DNA from: an uncultured Christensenellaceae bacterium
GTDB taxonomy: Bacteria > Bacillota > Clostridia > Christensenellales > CAG-314
Direction: 5' to 3'
Length of the DNA: 64,000 nt
NCBI GenBank assembly: GCA_910586625.1
Contig: CAJUIZ010000003.1
Coordinates: 55,254-119,253 of the forward strand
Shown: piece by piece, positions 1 through 9,002 of the stretch
Layout: the number at the start of each line of letters is the position of its first letter
Position numbering within the stretch: position 1 is the stretch's first letter
The notes under the pieces: model-generated
The model's input: the letters and a program-made list of their open reading frames with translations, nothing else
Database searches by the model: none
What the model was told of the DNA's origin: nothing
Made by a program: the position numbers and the translations under genes

Positions 1-97
1 CGTGAACCCCCGGGTACAGCAGAAATATTTCCAATGCGCTGCGAGCGGACGGATCGCGCTGCTTGACGGAAGCGAAAAAACCGACCCTTTTGCTCAT
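1..97 (-). CDS. cysE: serine O-acetyltransferase, N-terminal fragment (gene runs off the window start)
   Basis: The reverse complement of 1-97 translates to MSKRVGFFASVKQRDPSARSALEIFLLYPGVH. The DPxARSxLExxLxYPGxH block is the N-terminal signature of short-form serine acetyltransferases. The ATG at 97-95 overlaps the upstream stop by 1 nt (TGATG). The ORF is absent from the ORF track because it is open-ended. Confidence 0.65.
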   Translation of the reverse strand, partial: MSKRVGFFASVKQRDPSARSALEIFLLYPGVH

Positions 98-849
98 CAG
101 AAGGACAGATCGTTGACAATACCCGATATCTCGGCGAGCTTGTCGGCTACAACGGCAAATTCCTTGACGGCATTTTTATACGCCAACCAGGATATGCGCA
201 GAATTTTGGGATTTTTGAGATAAAACGCGTTGACCAAATACTCGCTTGCGCAAGCTACTTCGTCCGCGGAGCCTGCGGGCAGGTCTTGGTCGATGAGAAT
301 AAGACGTATTTCTTCCATCAAGGTAAACACAGCCGCCATCACGCCTGTTTCGACGTAAATTTTTTCCGCGGCGAAATACTCCTGCGCTTGGCGCAGGTAC
401 TCGGCATTGAGACTGTCGGGGTCGATGGAACGCAAAATATTCTCGCCTGCCGCCTTGTAGGGTTTTAGCACTTCGCTAACAAAGCGCGCGTAGGACGCAT
501 CGGCGTTTTCCGCGTTGTAGTATTCGCGCAGGAAATCAAGTATATTGCGTCTGCCGCTGTCTACTTCCGTAAGCAGACAGGTTACGAACGCGAACATACG
601 GTTGCGGTCCGTGGGTAATTTGAGCCTGTTTTCCGTTACGCCGTCCACGCTCGTCCAAGTGACGCGCGCGCGTGAAAACTCCGTGGAATAGGACATAACC
701 TTGACCGTTTCCGACAGAGTACGGCATAACGTCGGCGACGTAGCCACGCTTTTTAGAACCGTGGCTATATGCTTGTCGATGAGAATGAGCTTCCCTTCGA
801 TAAGCCTGTTGACGCTGCTTGTAAAAAACGCAAGTTCGTTAGTGTTCAT
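97..849 (-). CDS. hypothetical protein (250 aa), no family recognised
   Basis: Long ORF with protein-like composition, coupled to the downstream cysE fragment. The plus-strand ORFs overlapping it look like antisense artefacts. Confidence 0.6.
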   Translation of the reverse strand: MNTNELAFFTSSVNRLIEGKLILIDKHIATVLKSVATSPTLCRTLSETVKVMSYSTEFSRARVTWTSVDGVTENRLKLPTDRNRMFAFVTCLLTEVDSGRRNILDFLREYYNAENADASYARFVSEVLKPYKAAGENILRSIDPDSLNAEYLRQAQEYFAAEKIYVETGVMAAVFTLMEEIRLILIDQDLPAGSADEVACASEYLVNAFYLKNPKILRISWLAYKNAVKEFAVVADKLAEISGIVNDLSF

Positions 850-1161
850 ACCGCTCCTTTCGTCTGTTTTCCCCGTCGATTATCGCCCGTCGGTACTGTA
901 TGCGGACAACCGCCGCAAACGGCGCGTAATTACTTATATAAGATAGAGTATAGCATACGTCGAAAAGTTTTGGAAGTATTTTTGTCAAAAAACATTCAAA
1001 ACTGTTGTTTTAACCGCGGTTTTGTTGTATAATATTGTTCGCGGTTATCAAGCCGATATTTGCTTTTGCCATTAAGCGTATAATTACGATTGCGCGCCGT
1101 AATTATTGTATGTAGGCGAATTGCGCTGTATAACGGCGACATTACGAAAGGGGGTATTTCT

Positions 1162-1698
1162 ATGCAAGCGGGAATTACGCAAGACGGCACGATGAATAAG
1201 CTTATACTGCTGTTCGTGTTCGACAAAATGGAAACCGCGCTTACCGAAGCTACCATTTTGGACTTGTGTAGTTACAAAAACAATTGGATAGATTATACCA
1301 ACTGCAAGCAAGCGTTATTCGACGTTGTGGACAACGGATTTATTTACAAAAGCGCGCCTATGGGCGGCGGAGAAGAACTATACGACTTGACCGCCGAAGG
1401 CAGATGGTGTCTCAAAAACTTTTATACCCGTATTCCGTCCAGCGTACGTCAGCTTATTGCCGACGACATAAAGAAAAAGCGCATAGATTACCGCAGACGT
1501 CAGGATTACGTGGCGACCTACGCCAAATGCCCCGACGGCAGCTACGACGTGATACTGAAAATTGTAGAGCCGACCAAAACCACATTGGAAGTGAAACTGA
1601 ACGTAATGACGCGCAACATAGCCAAATATTTGGAACGCAGCTGGCAGGAAAAAGCCCCTACCGTTTACAGCAAGATTTCCGAAACGTTGATAGACTGA
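1162..1698 (+). CDS. DUF4364 family protein (PadR-like fold, uncharacterised)
   Basis: ATG at 1162 is preceded by AAAGGGGG at 1147-1154. Layout NKLILLFVFDKM...LTAEGRWCLKNFYTRIP...DYRRRQDY...LEVKLNV...W.EKAPTVY matches my recollection of clostridial DUF4364 proteins. I trimmed the track ORF start (1090). Confidence 0.6.
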   Translation: MQAGITQDGTMNKLILLFVFDKMETALTEATILDLCSYKNNWIDYTNCKQALFDVVDNGFIYKSAPMGGGEELYDLTAEGRWCLKNFYTRIPSSVRQLIADDIKKKRIDYRRRQDYVATYAKCPDGSYDVILKIVEPTKTTLEVKLNVMTRNIAKYLERSWQEKAPTVYSKISETLID

Positions 1699-1983
1699 AA
1701 GACCGCGCCCGAAAAGAATAAGACGGCGACGGAATATCTTGGACAGGCAGTCGCTCTATTGTTTTAGAGCGGCTTTAATTATATCGTAAAACAACTATGT
1801 TAAACCAAATAAATTATTGTTAAGCTTTTACGATGTAATTAAAACCTATTAGCTTCAATTAAACTCAGTTAATTGCTTAATAATAGGTTATCGCCGGACG
1901 ACGAATACTTGAAATTTGCGTGTATAAAAGTATATTGAAATTTAGCTCTGTAATGTTTTGGCTGTCGAAATAAAATTGCAAAC

Positions 1984-2021
1984 AAAAAACGCTTGACAAC
2001 GTTACGTTGTCGGGCGTTTTT
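1984..2021. terminator. bidirectional rho-independent terminator
   Basis: Hairpin ACGCTTGACAACG-tta-CGTTGTCGGGCGT (1989-2017), with an A-run on the left and a T-run on the right. It lies between the convergent genes 1162-1698(+) and 2057-2830(-). Confidence 0.6.
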
Positions 2022-2056
2022 GCGTTAATATAACCGTTCAAGAATACAGTACCGCT

Positions 2057-2830
2057 CTATTTCGGCAAATATGTTACCAGCAAAATTGCCGCGCCCAATA
2101 CGAGCAGCAACGCGCCGACTACGCGATTGAGAACGGTAGGCTTAGCCTTGTTGGCTATTTTGGAAGCGACAAACGCGAATACGAGCGTAGACAACACGCA
2201 AGTAAGCAGCATAACCCAATCGGGAAAACCGCCTATTACAAAGTGGCTTACCGCACCCGTAAGAGCGGTAAAGGTCATTATAAACACGCTTGTGCCTACG
2301 GCGGTTTTAAGCTCGTACCCCATTACGGTAATAAGCAGCAACAGCATCATCATACCGCCGCCCGCGCCCACGAAGCCGCAAATAAAACCCACTGCGCTGC
2401 CGCAAATAACCGACTTGATAATCTTGCTTGCGCGGCTTGCCTGCGACAGGCTTACTTTGGGTTCCGTTACGGGCTTTACGATAAACTTGATACCGAGAAG
2501 CAACGTTACTACGGTGCTTACGCCGCCCATAATGTGCATAGGTACAATACTTGCAACCCAGCTGCCGACTACGGTAAAAGCCAATACGCACGCCATCATA
2601 ATGAGTCCGTTGCGAATATCCAAATGCTTGTTTTTGGCATAGGTTACGGAGCTTACCGCGCTCGCCAAAACGTCGCTTGCAAGCGCTATGCCCACCGCTG
2701 CGTACGGGTCGACGTTCAAAAAAGCGATAAGCATAGGCGCGATAACCGCTGCGGCACTCATTCCGGCGAAGCCTGTGCCGAGACCCGCGCCCAAACCCGC
2801 GGCTATACAGACGATAATTTTTACAAGCAT
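2057..2830 (-). CDS. sulfite exporter TauE/SafE family membrane protein
   Basis: 257 aa, about 8 hydrophobic segments and a glycine-rich N-terminus (AAGLGAGLGTGFAGMSAAAV) typical of TauE/SafE. RBS GGGAGA lies upstream of the ATG. Confidence 0.8.
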   Translation of the reverse strand: MLVKIIVCIAAGLGAGLGTGFAGMSAAAVIAPMLIAFLNVDPYAAVGIALASDVLASAVSSVTYAKNKHLDIRNGLIMMACVLAFTVVGSWVASIVPMHIMGGVSTVVTLLLGIKFIVKPVTEPKVSLSQASRASKIIKSVICGSAVGFICGFVGAGGGMMMLLLLITVMGYELKTAVGTSVFIMTFTALTGAVSHFVIGGFPDWVMLLTCVLSTLVFAFVASKIANKAKPTVLNRVVGALLLVLGAAILLVTYLPK

Positions 2831-3038
2831 TGCATTCTCCCGTAGGCAAATTTTGACATACGATTGTTACAACTTATCATAACAACTTTAACCCAACCTG
2901 AAAGTAAACAGCGTTCACAAATAAACGCAGCATAAATAACGAATTTATAAAACACGATAAAATTCGATAAATATTACGACGGTAAAAAAATAATTTTAAT
3001 AATTCCGTACCGAAAACAGCTTAAACAAAGCCTGAAAA

Positions 3039-3078
3039 CAAAAAAAAGGTAAATAACGCTTGAAATCCGTTATTTACC
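3039..3078 (-). terminator. rho-independent terminator downstream of tRNA-Leu(AAG)
   Basis: On the minus strand: GGTAAATAACG-loop-CGTTATTTACC followed by T9. Confidence 0.6.
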
Positions 3079-3083
3079 CATAT

Positions 3084-3166
3084 TGGTGCGAGATGTGAGA
3101 CTTGAACTCACACGGTCTCCCACACGCCCCTTAAACGTGCGCGTCTGCCCATTCCGCCAATCTCGC
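3084..3166 (-). tRNA. tRNA-Leu, anticodon AAG (class II, long variable arm), CCA encoded
   Basis: Manual fold: GCGAGAT TG GCGGAATGGGCAGACGC G CACGT TTAAGGG GCGTG TGGGAGACCGT GTGAG TTCAAGT CTCAC ATCTCGC A CCA. It aligns arm by arm with the Leu-CAA gene at 28268-28353. Confidence 0.8.
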
Positions 3167-3456
3167 ATAGCTTTTGCCTAACTATAATAAGCGAAACGGA
3201 CGGATTTGTCAATCGATTTTACTTGGTTTTATACAAAAATATTGGCGACCCAAAGCTTTGCAACGTAACAAATCAGAAAAACAGCGGCGCGCTTTTTGTT
3301 AAAATAAACTAAAAATATCCGTATCGGCAAAATAACGAAAAAATTTGCGTATGACGGCTCTTGAAGCGGCGGAAATAAATTAGCAAATACTATTGATATT
3401 TCAAGGTGAATGTGATAAAATATAAATTATTCCACAAAATTGGAGAACAACCAACT

Positions 3457-4938
3457 ATGAACTGTAAACATTGCAACACGGAAAATCCCGAAAATTCCGT
3501 TTACTGCAATCTATGCGGAAAACGGTTAGACGGAAACAAGCTTTGCCGCAAATGCGAAAAGCTAATTCCCGAAAACGCAGTATTCTGCAACTACTGCGGT
3601 ACCCGTACGGATACGGCCGAGCAAACGGAGACTGCCGTTAAACGCGGCACATCAAAACCCAACGCAAGAGTGTTCGAACGCGAAGCGCCGACAACGACGG
3701 ACGGCACAGTAAACGAAGCTTCGGGCGAGATAACCGCTACGAGCATAAGCTGGCGCAGGATTGTGGGAACAATCGGAACGAGCTTTGCTTTGCTTACTTC
3801 GGTAATTACCCTTGTATTCGTGTTCCTGATAGGCTTCGGCGTAAACGGCACAGACGAATTCAACTATATTTGGCGGCAGTTGGGACTGGCGGGCGTCGGA
3901 GATATAAGCATATACGATTTCTTCGGCAAGAACTACGAAAGCATACAAGTAATATTGGACAACAACCGTTTTGACGACACAAACGTTGTTATGTATGTCA
4001 ACCACTTGAAGGCGTCTCTGTACATTAACGCCGTTCTCGGTACTGTAATATCGGCGTTGACGCTGTTGTCCGTAACCGCGCTTGCCATTGCAGCCATCGT
4101 CAAAAACGCGCAAAAGCTTTCGGGCAAGGACGTAAAGCACGCGGAAGCACTATCCGTTGCAGTGTTTATTGCGTACGTAATAGGCGCAGGCGGATTGTAT
4201 GCGCTGAATGCCGTATCCGCTTCCGCCACGGCTGTCGACAGCTACGTTGGCGCGAGAATAACCGTCAAAGGCTCGTTAACCTTTAACGGAGCAACCGTTG
4301 CGGGAATTGTTATCGGAGCGGTGTTCAACTTTTTCTCGATAGCTTGTCATACTGCTGCGAATTACCGCGCGACGTCCGTTGCAAAATACGTTGTTAATAT
4401 GTCGTTGACCGCCGTAGGTATCGCCTTTGTCGCCATTGCGATGAATTACGCATATAACCCGACGTTCACGGTGAAAATTTCGGAAAATGCCAATACGGTA
4501 ATTATGGGAATACCCGTATCCGCTTGGGCGCAGAGATACGGAATGTCGCTCGGGGCGACTTTGGATACGTTAGACGGGACATACGCGTTACTTATCGTAA
4601 CGGAGTTCCTGCAAATAGCCTTGACGGTTGTAAGCGGAATAACGATTATGATCTTTATCAAAAATCTGTCTGCAAACAAGAGTTCGTCCAACTTGGCAAT
4701 GACGATAGCTACGCTTGCGCTTGCGACGGCTTATCTTGTGATAGGACAGATTGCGGCGAATAAAACGATAGACTCCGATTCGAGCGCAGGAGCCAAAGTA
4801 ACTGTAACTTACGCGATTGTGTCGGCAGTGTTCGGCGCGCTGACGTTGGTGCTTACCATAGTTAAAATGACGCTGTTCAAAACGCCCAAGCCCGTAACGG
4901 CTAAGCCGACCGCGGCAATCGAGACGACTGCCGAATAG
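3457..4938 (+). CDS. double zinc-ribbon domain membrane protein
   Basis: ATG at 3457 follows GGAGA at 3442-3446. The N-terminus has two CxxC...CxxC pairs (CKHCNT..CNLCG, CRKCEK..CNYCG), followed by many transmembrane segments. I prefer this start over the GTG at 3406. Confidence 0.75.
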   Translation: MNCKHCNTENPENSVYCNLCGKRLDGNKLCRKCEKLIPENAVFCNYCGTRTDTAEQTETAVKRGTSKPNARVFEREAPTTTDGTVNEASGEITATSISWRRIVGTIGTSFALLTSVITLVFVFLIGFGVNGTDEFNYIWRQLGLAGVGDISIYDFFGKNYESIQVILDNNRFDDTNVVMYVNHLKASLYINAVLGTVISALTLLSVTALAIAAIVKNAQKLSGKDVKHAEALSVAVFIAYVIGAGGLYALNAVSASATAVDSYVGARITVKGSLTFNGATVAGIVIGAVFNFFSIACHTAANYRATSVAKYVVNMSLTAVGIAFVAIAMNYAYNPTFTVKISENANTVIMGIPVSAWAQRYGMSLGATLDTLDGTYALLIVTEFLQIALTVVSGITIMIFIKNLSANKSSSNLAMTIATLALATAYLVIGQIAANKTIDSDSSAGAKVTVTYAIVSAVFGALTLVLTIVKMTLFKTPKPVTAKPTAAIETTAE

Positions 4939-4980
4939 GCGCTTGCACCGTTGAGACGGTAGACTTCGAATATTAAAACA

Positions 4981-5008
4981 AAAACCCTTTCGAATTCGAA
5001 AGGGTTTT
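4981..5008. terminator. bidirectional terminator (perfect 28-nt palindrome)
   Basis: AAAACCCTTTCGAATTCGAAAGGGTTTT lies between convergent genes, with A/T runs on both sides. Confidence 0.65.
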
Positions 5009-5037
5009 TACTTTACTCGATTACGCGTTTGTAAATT

Positions 5038-5688
5038 CTACCGTTTGCAGATTTCCACGCCGCAGCTTGCGCCTATGCGGTCGGCGCCGTTTTCCACCAT
5101 CGCAACGGCTTCGTCGTAATTGTGTATTCCGCCGCTTGCCTTGACTTTGAGTTCATACGGATGAACCATATCCGACATAAGGCTCACCGCAGCCGTCGTA
5201 GCCCCGCCGGAGCCGAAGCCCGTGCTCGTCTTGACGTATTGCGCGCCGGCAGTTATGCACGACTTGCAGGCGGCTATAAGCTGCTTGTCGTTGAGATTGC
5301 AGGTTTCGAGAATAACCTTTAACAAAATGTCGCCGCACGCCTTTTTTACGGCGGCAATTTCCTTTTCCACCTTCTTCCAAGCGTTGACTTTTGCCCACGA
5401 CTGATTGATTACCATATCGATTTCCGTAGCGCCGTTTTTTATTGCGTTCTTCGTTTCGAACACCTTGGTTTGCGTGGTGTTTTCGCCCAAAGGAAAACCG
5501 ATTACGGTGCAAACCTTGACGTCGCTGCCTGCAAGCTCCTTGGCGGCGAGTTTTACATGGCAAGGATTGACGCATACGGACGCGAAGCCGTATTGCTTAG
5601 CTTCCTTACAAAGCGATACAATCTGACTTTCCTTAGCGGGCTTGAGCAAGGTGTGGTCTATAATTTTAGCAATTTCCTGTTTCGTCAT
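5038..5688 (-). CDS. deoC: deoxyribose-phosphate aldolase
   Basis: IDHTLLKP, VCVNP and YVKTSTGFG (Schiff-base Lys) motifs; 216 aa; AGGAGA RBS. Confidence 0.9.
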   Translation of the reverse strand: MTKQEIAKIIDHTLLKPAKESQIVSLCKEAKQYGFASVCVNPCHVKLAAKELAGSDVKVCTVIGFPLGENTTQTKVFETKNAIKNGATEIDMVINQSWAKVNAWKKVEKEIAAVKKACGDILLKVILETCNLNDKQLIAACKSCITAGAQYVKTSTGFGSGGATTAAVSLMSDMVHPYELKVKASGGIHNYDEAVAMVENGADRIGASCGVEICKR

Positions 5689-5827
5689 AATAAATATCTC
5701 CTAAAAATTCGGCATAGCGACGTTTGCGCAATCCGTCCTGCCGCCGTAGGCAATTGAACTGCAAACGAATCGAGCCGTTGTTACGTACGTTATTATACCA
5801 TACATTCGGTGATATTTCAACAGATAA

Positions 5828-6007
5828 TTACTTTTTCTTTTTTCCGAGTTTTATAATCAGCGTGTCGTCTTCTATTTCGAATTCGTTACGCTTTCTTTCG
5901 CGCGGCATTCGTCTGCGAAAAGACATTACGCACAGGTACACTATATAACCCAAACACAACGCGATGCCGACGGCGCAAATAATTATTACAGGTAAAACTT
6001 TATTCAT
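5828..6007 (-). CDS. small membrane protein (59 aa), hypothetical
   Basis: Internal ATG at 6007 is preceded by GGGGGA. One transmembrane helix is followed by a basic tail. The longer track ORF (to 6118) lacks an RBS. Confidence 0.4.
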   Translation of the reverse strand: MNKVLPVIIICAVGIALCLGYIVYLCVMSFRRRMPRERKRNEFEIEDDTLIIKLGKKKK

Positions 6008-6330
6008 ACATCCCCCGATGCGGCAGATTTGCCGCTGCAACGTAAGCATTGTAGCACACCGCCGCTGCGGTAAAAAGTAAAATACAAGGCTAATTTGTCT
6101 ATTTTGATAACAACGCACAGTTCCGTACGCGACGTGTCAAGCCGCAGCATACGAAGTGTAATCGGCGGCAACTAAAGATTAACGCTTGCGACAGAGTAAG
6201 AGAATTAGCGACCGACCGCCGTTACCGCAAGATACATAAAAATTTACAAAACGCAGAAACTAACGGTAATCGCTGCACATACGGAAAGTTCGAAGCGGCG
6301 TTAATGCTTAGAAAATAAACGGGAGAAAAT

Positions 6331-6756
6331 ATGAAAAAAATTATTTTAGCTATTATGATAATTGCAACGCTTTGCACGGCGTTTACCGCAACCTGCGCCG
6401 TAGGTCAAACGGCTGAAGAAAAAATATGCGAAATTGCAAAAAGCAACGACAAAATATTAGACGCGAAGTGCATAGTATACCAACGCACCTGTCTTGTTGC
6501 GATTAAAACTGAAAAATTCGTTACTCGCAGCGAATACGATCTGTATCTTGCAAACGTACGTCAACAGATTACTTCGGAATGCGAAATAGATAACGTTTAC
6601 GTTACGCGCAGTCCCAAGGTTATGAAAAAACTTAGCGAATTAGAAAAATTAAACGATAAGCAACGTCAACAGGCCATACAGGAAATAATAGAAAAAGAAC
6701 TGAACAAAGGTCTGCCGCCTATTAAGGACATTATGCCGAGATGTTTTAGTTGGTAA
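6331..6756 (+). CDS. secreted/lipoprotein, YhcN/YlaJ-like sporulation lipoprotein (tentative)
   Basis: Signal peptide MKKIILAIMIIATLCTAFTATC. Core pattern CIVYQRTCLVAIKTE...IDNVYVTRSPKVMKKL resembles YhcN/YlaJ family blocks as I recall them. RBS GGGAGA. Confidence 0.5.
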   Translation: MKKIILAIMIIATLCTAFTATCAVGQTAEEKICEIAKSNDKILDAKCIVYQRTCLVAIKTEKFVTRSEYDLYLANVRQQITSECEIDNVYVTRSPKVMKKLSELEKLNDKQRQQAIQEIIEKELNKGLPPIKDIMPRCFSW

Positions 6757-6763
6757 TAAATTT

Positions 6764-7052
6764 AATGCGCAACGCGCAATGCGTAATGCGTAATGAAGAA
6801 AGCCCGTTGGAACAACGGGCTTTCGTTTTTTATATAAGGTTACGCTTCGCTATATTTCTCGCTCGTTTGAAAACCTTCGCCGTCTTTTGGCGAAACTGCG
6901 CTACGCTCCGCTCGAAATGACGTTCCTTAGATTTCTCCACTCGCTTCGCTCGGTCGAAATGACGTTCATCTTCACTTCGTTCGATAAACGTTTCGGTAAA
7001 GGACACCGAATGTTGCGGCGTTCGCAAGTCTTCGACTTTCTCGGCTAAGGAC
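6764..7052 (+). repeat. composite modular repeat element, copy A
   Basis: Order of parts: five heptads (AATGCGC AACGCGC AATGCGT AATGCGT AATGAAG), a hairpin, AAGGTTACGCTTCGC, M1 (6931-6965), TCATCTTCACTTCGTTCGATAAACG, M2 (6991-7010), M3 (7017-7052). The order is colinear with copy D at 24332-24520. Confidence 0.8.
6798..6831 (+). terminator. rho-independent terminator embedded in repeat copy A
   Basis: GAAAGCCCGTTGG-aa-CAACGGGCTTTC followed by GTTTTTT, 40 nt after the stop of 6331-6756. Confidence 0.7.
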
Positions 7053-7215
7053 TTTTCTACAACTAACACCAAAAGCGAGCGTATTCCGCTTTTGCACCTT
7101 TGAGCGTAGCGAAACACGAGCCGCGTCAAACCAATCGCCGCAATGCGGCGTTGGCAGCAAGGCGAGAGCAAGGGCTGTGCCCGCAGCTTATAAAAGCGGA
7201 ATGCACGAGTGAATT

Positions 7216-8892
7216 CTATAAGTCGAGAATTTTTTCCACCGAAGCCACTACCAAGCGGAAGCTTTCTTCTTCGAAGGGGGACAGCAAGCCGCAGGCTTCC
7301 AACAGCTCGGTAAAGGTTTTGGTGCCGCCGTAATCGAGAAATTTGATATACTTTGCAAACGTCGCGTCGTAGTCCGTTTGGGAGAGCGCAAGAAATTGCA
7401 GCGCAGTAAACTGCGCGAAGCAGTAGTCTATGTAGTAGAACGGACTTTCGAAAATGTGCGCCTGACGCTGCCAACGGCGGCCGTCGCAAATTGCGGGTAT
7501 GCCTTCCGTAGTCATGGACGGGATAAACTGCTTTTCTATCTTGTTGTAAAACGCGTTACGCTCGGCAGGGGTCATATCGGGGTTGTCGTAGCAGGTTTGC
7601 TGGAAGTAGTCCACTATCGTGCCGTAGGGAATAAAAGTTACCGCTTCGCCGATGTGGTACAGCTCGTACTCCTTGGTTTTGTCGCCGAAAAACAGACCGA
7701 GCCACGGGTAAGCCAAAAATTCCATAGACATACTGTGAACTTCCGCCGTTTCCATAGAAACGCTGGACAAAAATTCGCTTTCGATGAAGAAGGACTTGTA
7801 GAACTCCAACGCATGACCGAATTCGTGAGTTAATACGTCCACGTCGCCCGCGGAGCCGTTCCAGTTGGACAGAATGAAGGGAAGCTTGTATTGCGGCAGA
7901 CCTTCGCAGTAGCCGCCGCCCCACTTGCCTTCGCGGCTCATTACGTCGAAGCACTCGCTCTCTACCATTGTGTCGAACAGCTTGCCCGTTTCTTCGGACA
8001 TTTCGTTGTACATTTTGGAAGCGTTGGCAAACAAATCGTCGGGAGTGCCGACGGGGCGGGGTTCTTCCTTGGTGTACACCTTCATATCGTAGGCGTATTC
8101 ATGCTCGATTCCGAGAGTTTTGTCCGCCTTGGCGCGTATCTTGCTTGCCAAAGGCACAAGATACTTCAATACGTTGGCGCGGAACTTGGCAATATCTTCC
8201 TTGCCGTAGCAGTTGCGCTGCATTTGCTTGTACCCGAGCGGCGAAAATCCGTCGTAACCCAGCTTGCGCCCCATAGCGGTGCGCACCTTAACGAGCTTGT
8301 CGTAAATTTCGTCCAGTTGGTTTTTGTTATCTTCGATAGCCTGACCGAACTTCATATAAGCGGCGCGGCGAACACTGCGGTCGGCGTGCGTAAAGTACTT
8401 GCTTATGCCGCTTAGCGGAAGCTTTTCGCCGTTGAAGTCGATAACAATCGAGCTCATAAGCTTGGTGTAGGCTGTGGTAAGCTTGTTTTGCTCTACCTTT
8501 TCGTTTACAATGCGCGGGTCGTTAGCGTCCACCGCCATTTGCAAATTAGTAAACATAACGCGCGGAAAACGCTGCTCCAACTGCTTGCGGAAGGGCGTAT
8601 CCAAATAGCACCTTGCAATCTCCGCCGAAGCGACGGAAATTTCCGGACCTACTTCGTCAAGATAATCCTGCTCCGTAGCGTAAAACTCGTTGCGCGTATC
8701 CTGCGTAAAGCGTATAAACGCAATGCGTACGTTGGTGCCGAGCTTTTCGTCGTAGTCCTTGTATTCGTCGTGAACGGCGTAGAACTCGTCCACCGTTTCG
8801 GCGGACATAAAACGCTTTTTGAAATCGGCAAGTTTTGCCAGTACTTCGTCCTTGTTGGGACGGACGTATTTTATTTGAGAAATTTTCACCAT
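7216..8892 (-). CDS. pepF: M3 family oligoendopeptidase F
   Basis: HEFGHA zinc motif and overall M3B-like sequence. I chose the start at ATG 8892 (AAGGAGAG RBS) rather than the track start 8967. Confidence 0.85.
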   Translation of the reverse strand: MVKISQIKYVRPNKDEVLAKLADFKKRFMSAETVDEFYAVHDEYKDYDEKLGTNVRIAFIRFTQDTRNEFYATEQDYLDEVGPEISVASAEIARCYLDTPFRKQLEQRFPRVMFTNLQMAVDANDPRIVNEKVEQNKLTTAYTKLMSSIVIDFNGEKLPLSGISKYFTHADRSVRRAAYMKFGQAIEDNKNQLDEIYDKLVKVRTAMGRKLGYDGFSPLGYKQMQRNCYGKEDIAKFRANVLKYLVPLASKIRAKADKTLGIEHEYAYDMKVYTKEEPRPVGTPDDLFANASKMYNEMSEETGKLFDTMVESECFDVMSREGKWGGGYCEGLPQYKLPFILSNWNGSAGDVDVLTHEFGHALEFYKSFFIESEFLSSVSMETAEVHSMSMEFLAYPWLGLFFGDKTKEYELYHIGEAVTFIPYGTIVDYFQQTCYDNPDMTPAERNAFYNKIEKQFIPSMTTEGIPAICDGRRWQRQAHIFESPFYYIDYCFAQFTALQFLALSQTDYDATFAKYIKFLDYGGTKTFTELLEACGLLSPFEEESFRLVVASVEKILDL

Positions 8893-9002
8893 AATAATAC
8901 TCTCCTTTACTGCATTAAGTATATAACATTTGTTTTCGTTTTGCAACCTTTTGAACGAATGCAACAATGCAAAAGAAATAACAATGTGTCGCTGTGCTTT
9001 TT

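Noticed and set aside
6830-7489. 219-aa minus-strand ORF (and 6972-7160, 7100-7333) spanning intergenic region A
   Set aside because: It runs through the modular repeats and into the 3' end of pepF. Its composition is Arg/Leu/Ser-rich and low in complexity, and it has no RBS. It is best explained as a spurious translation of repeat modules.
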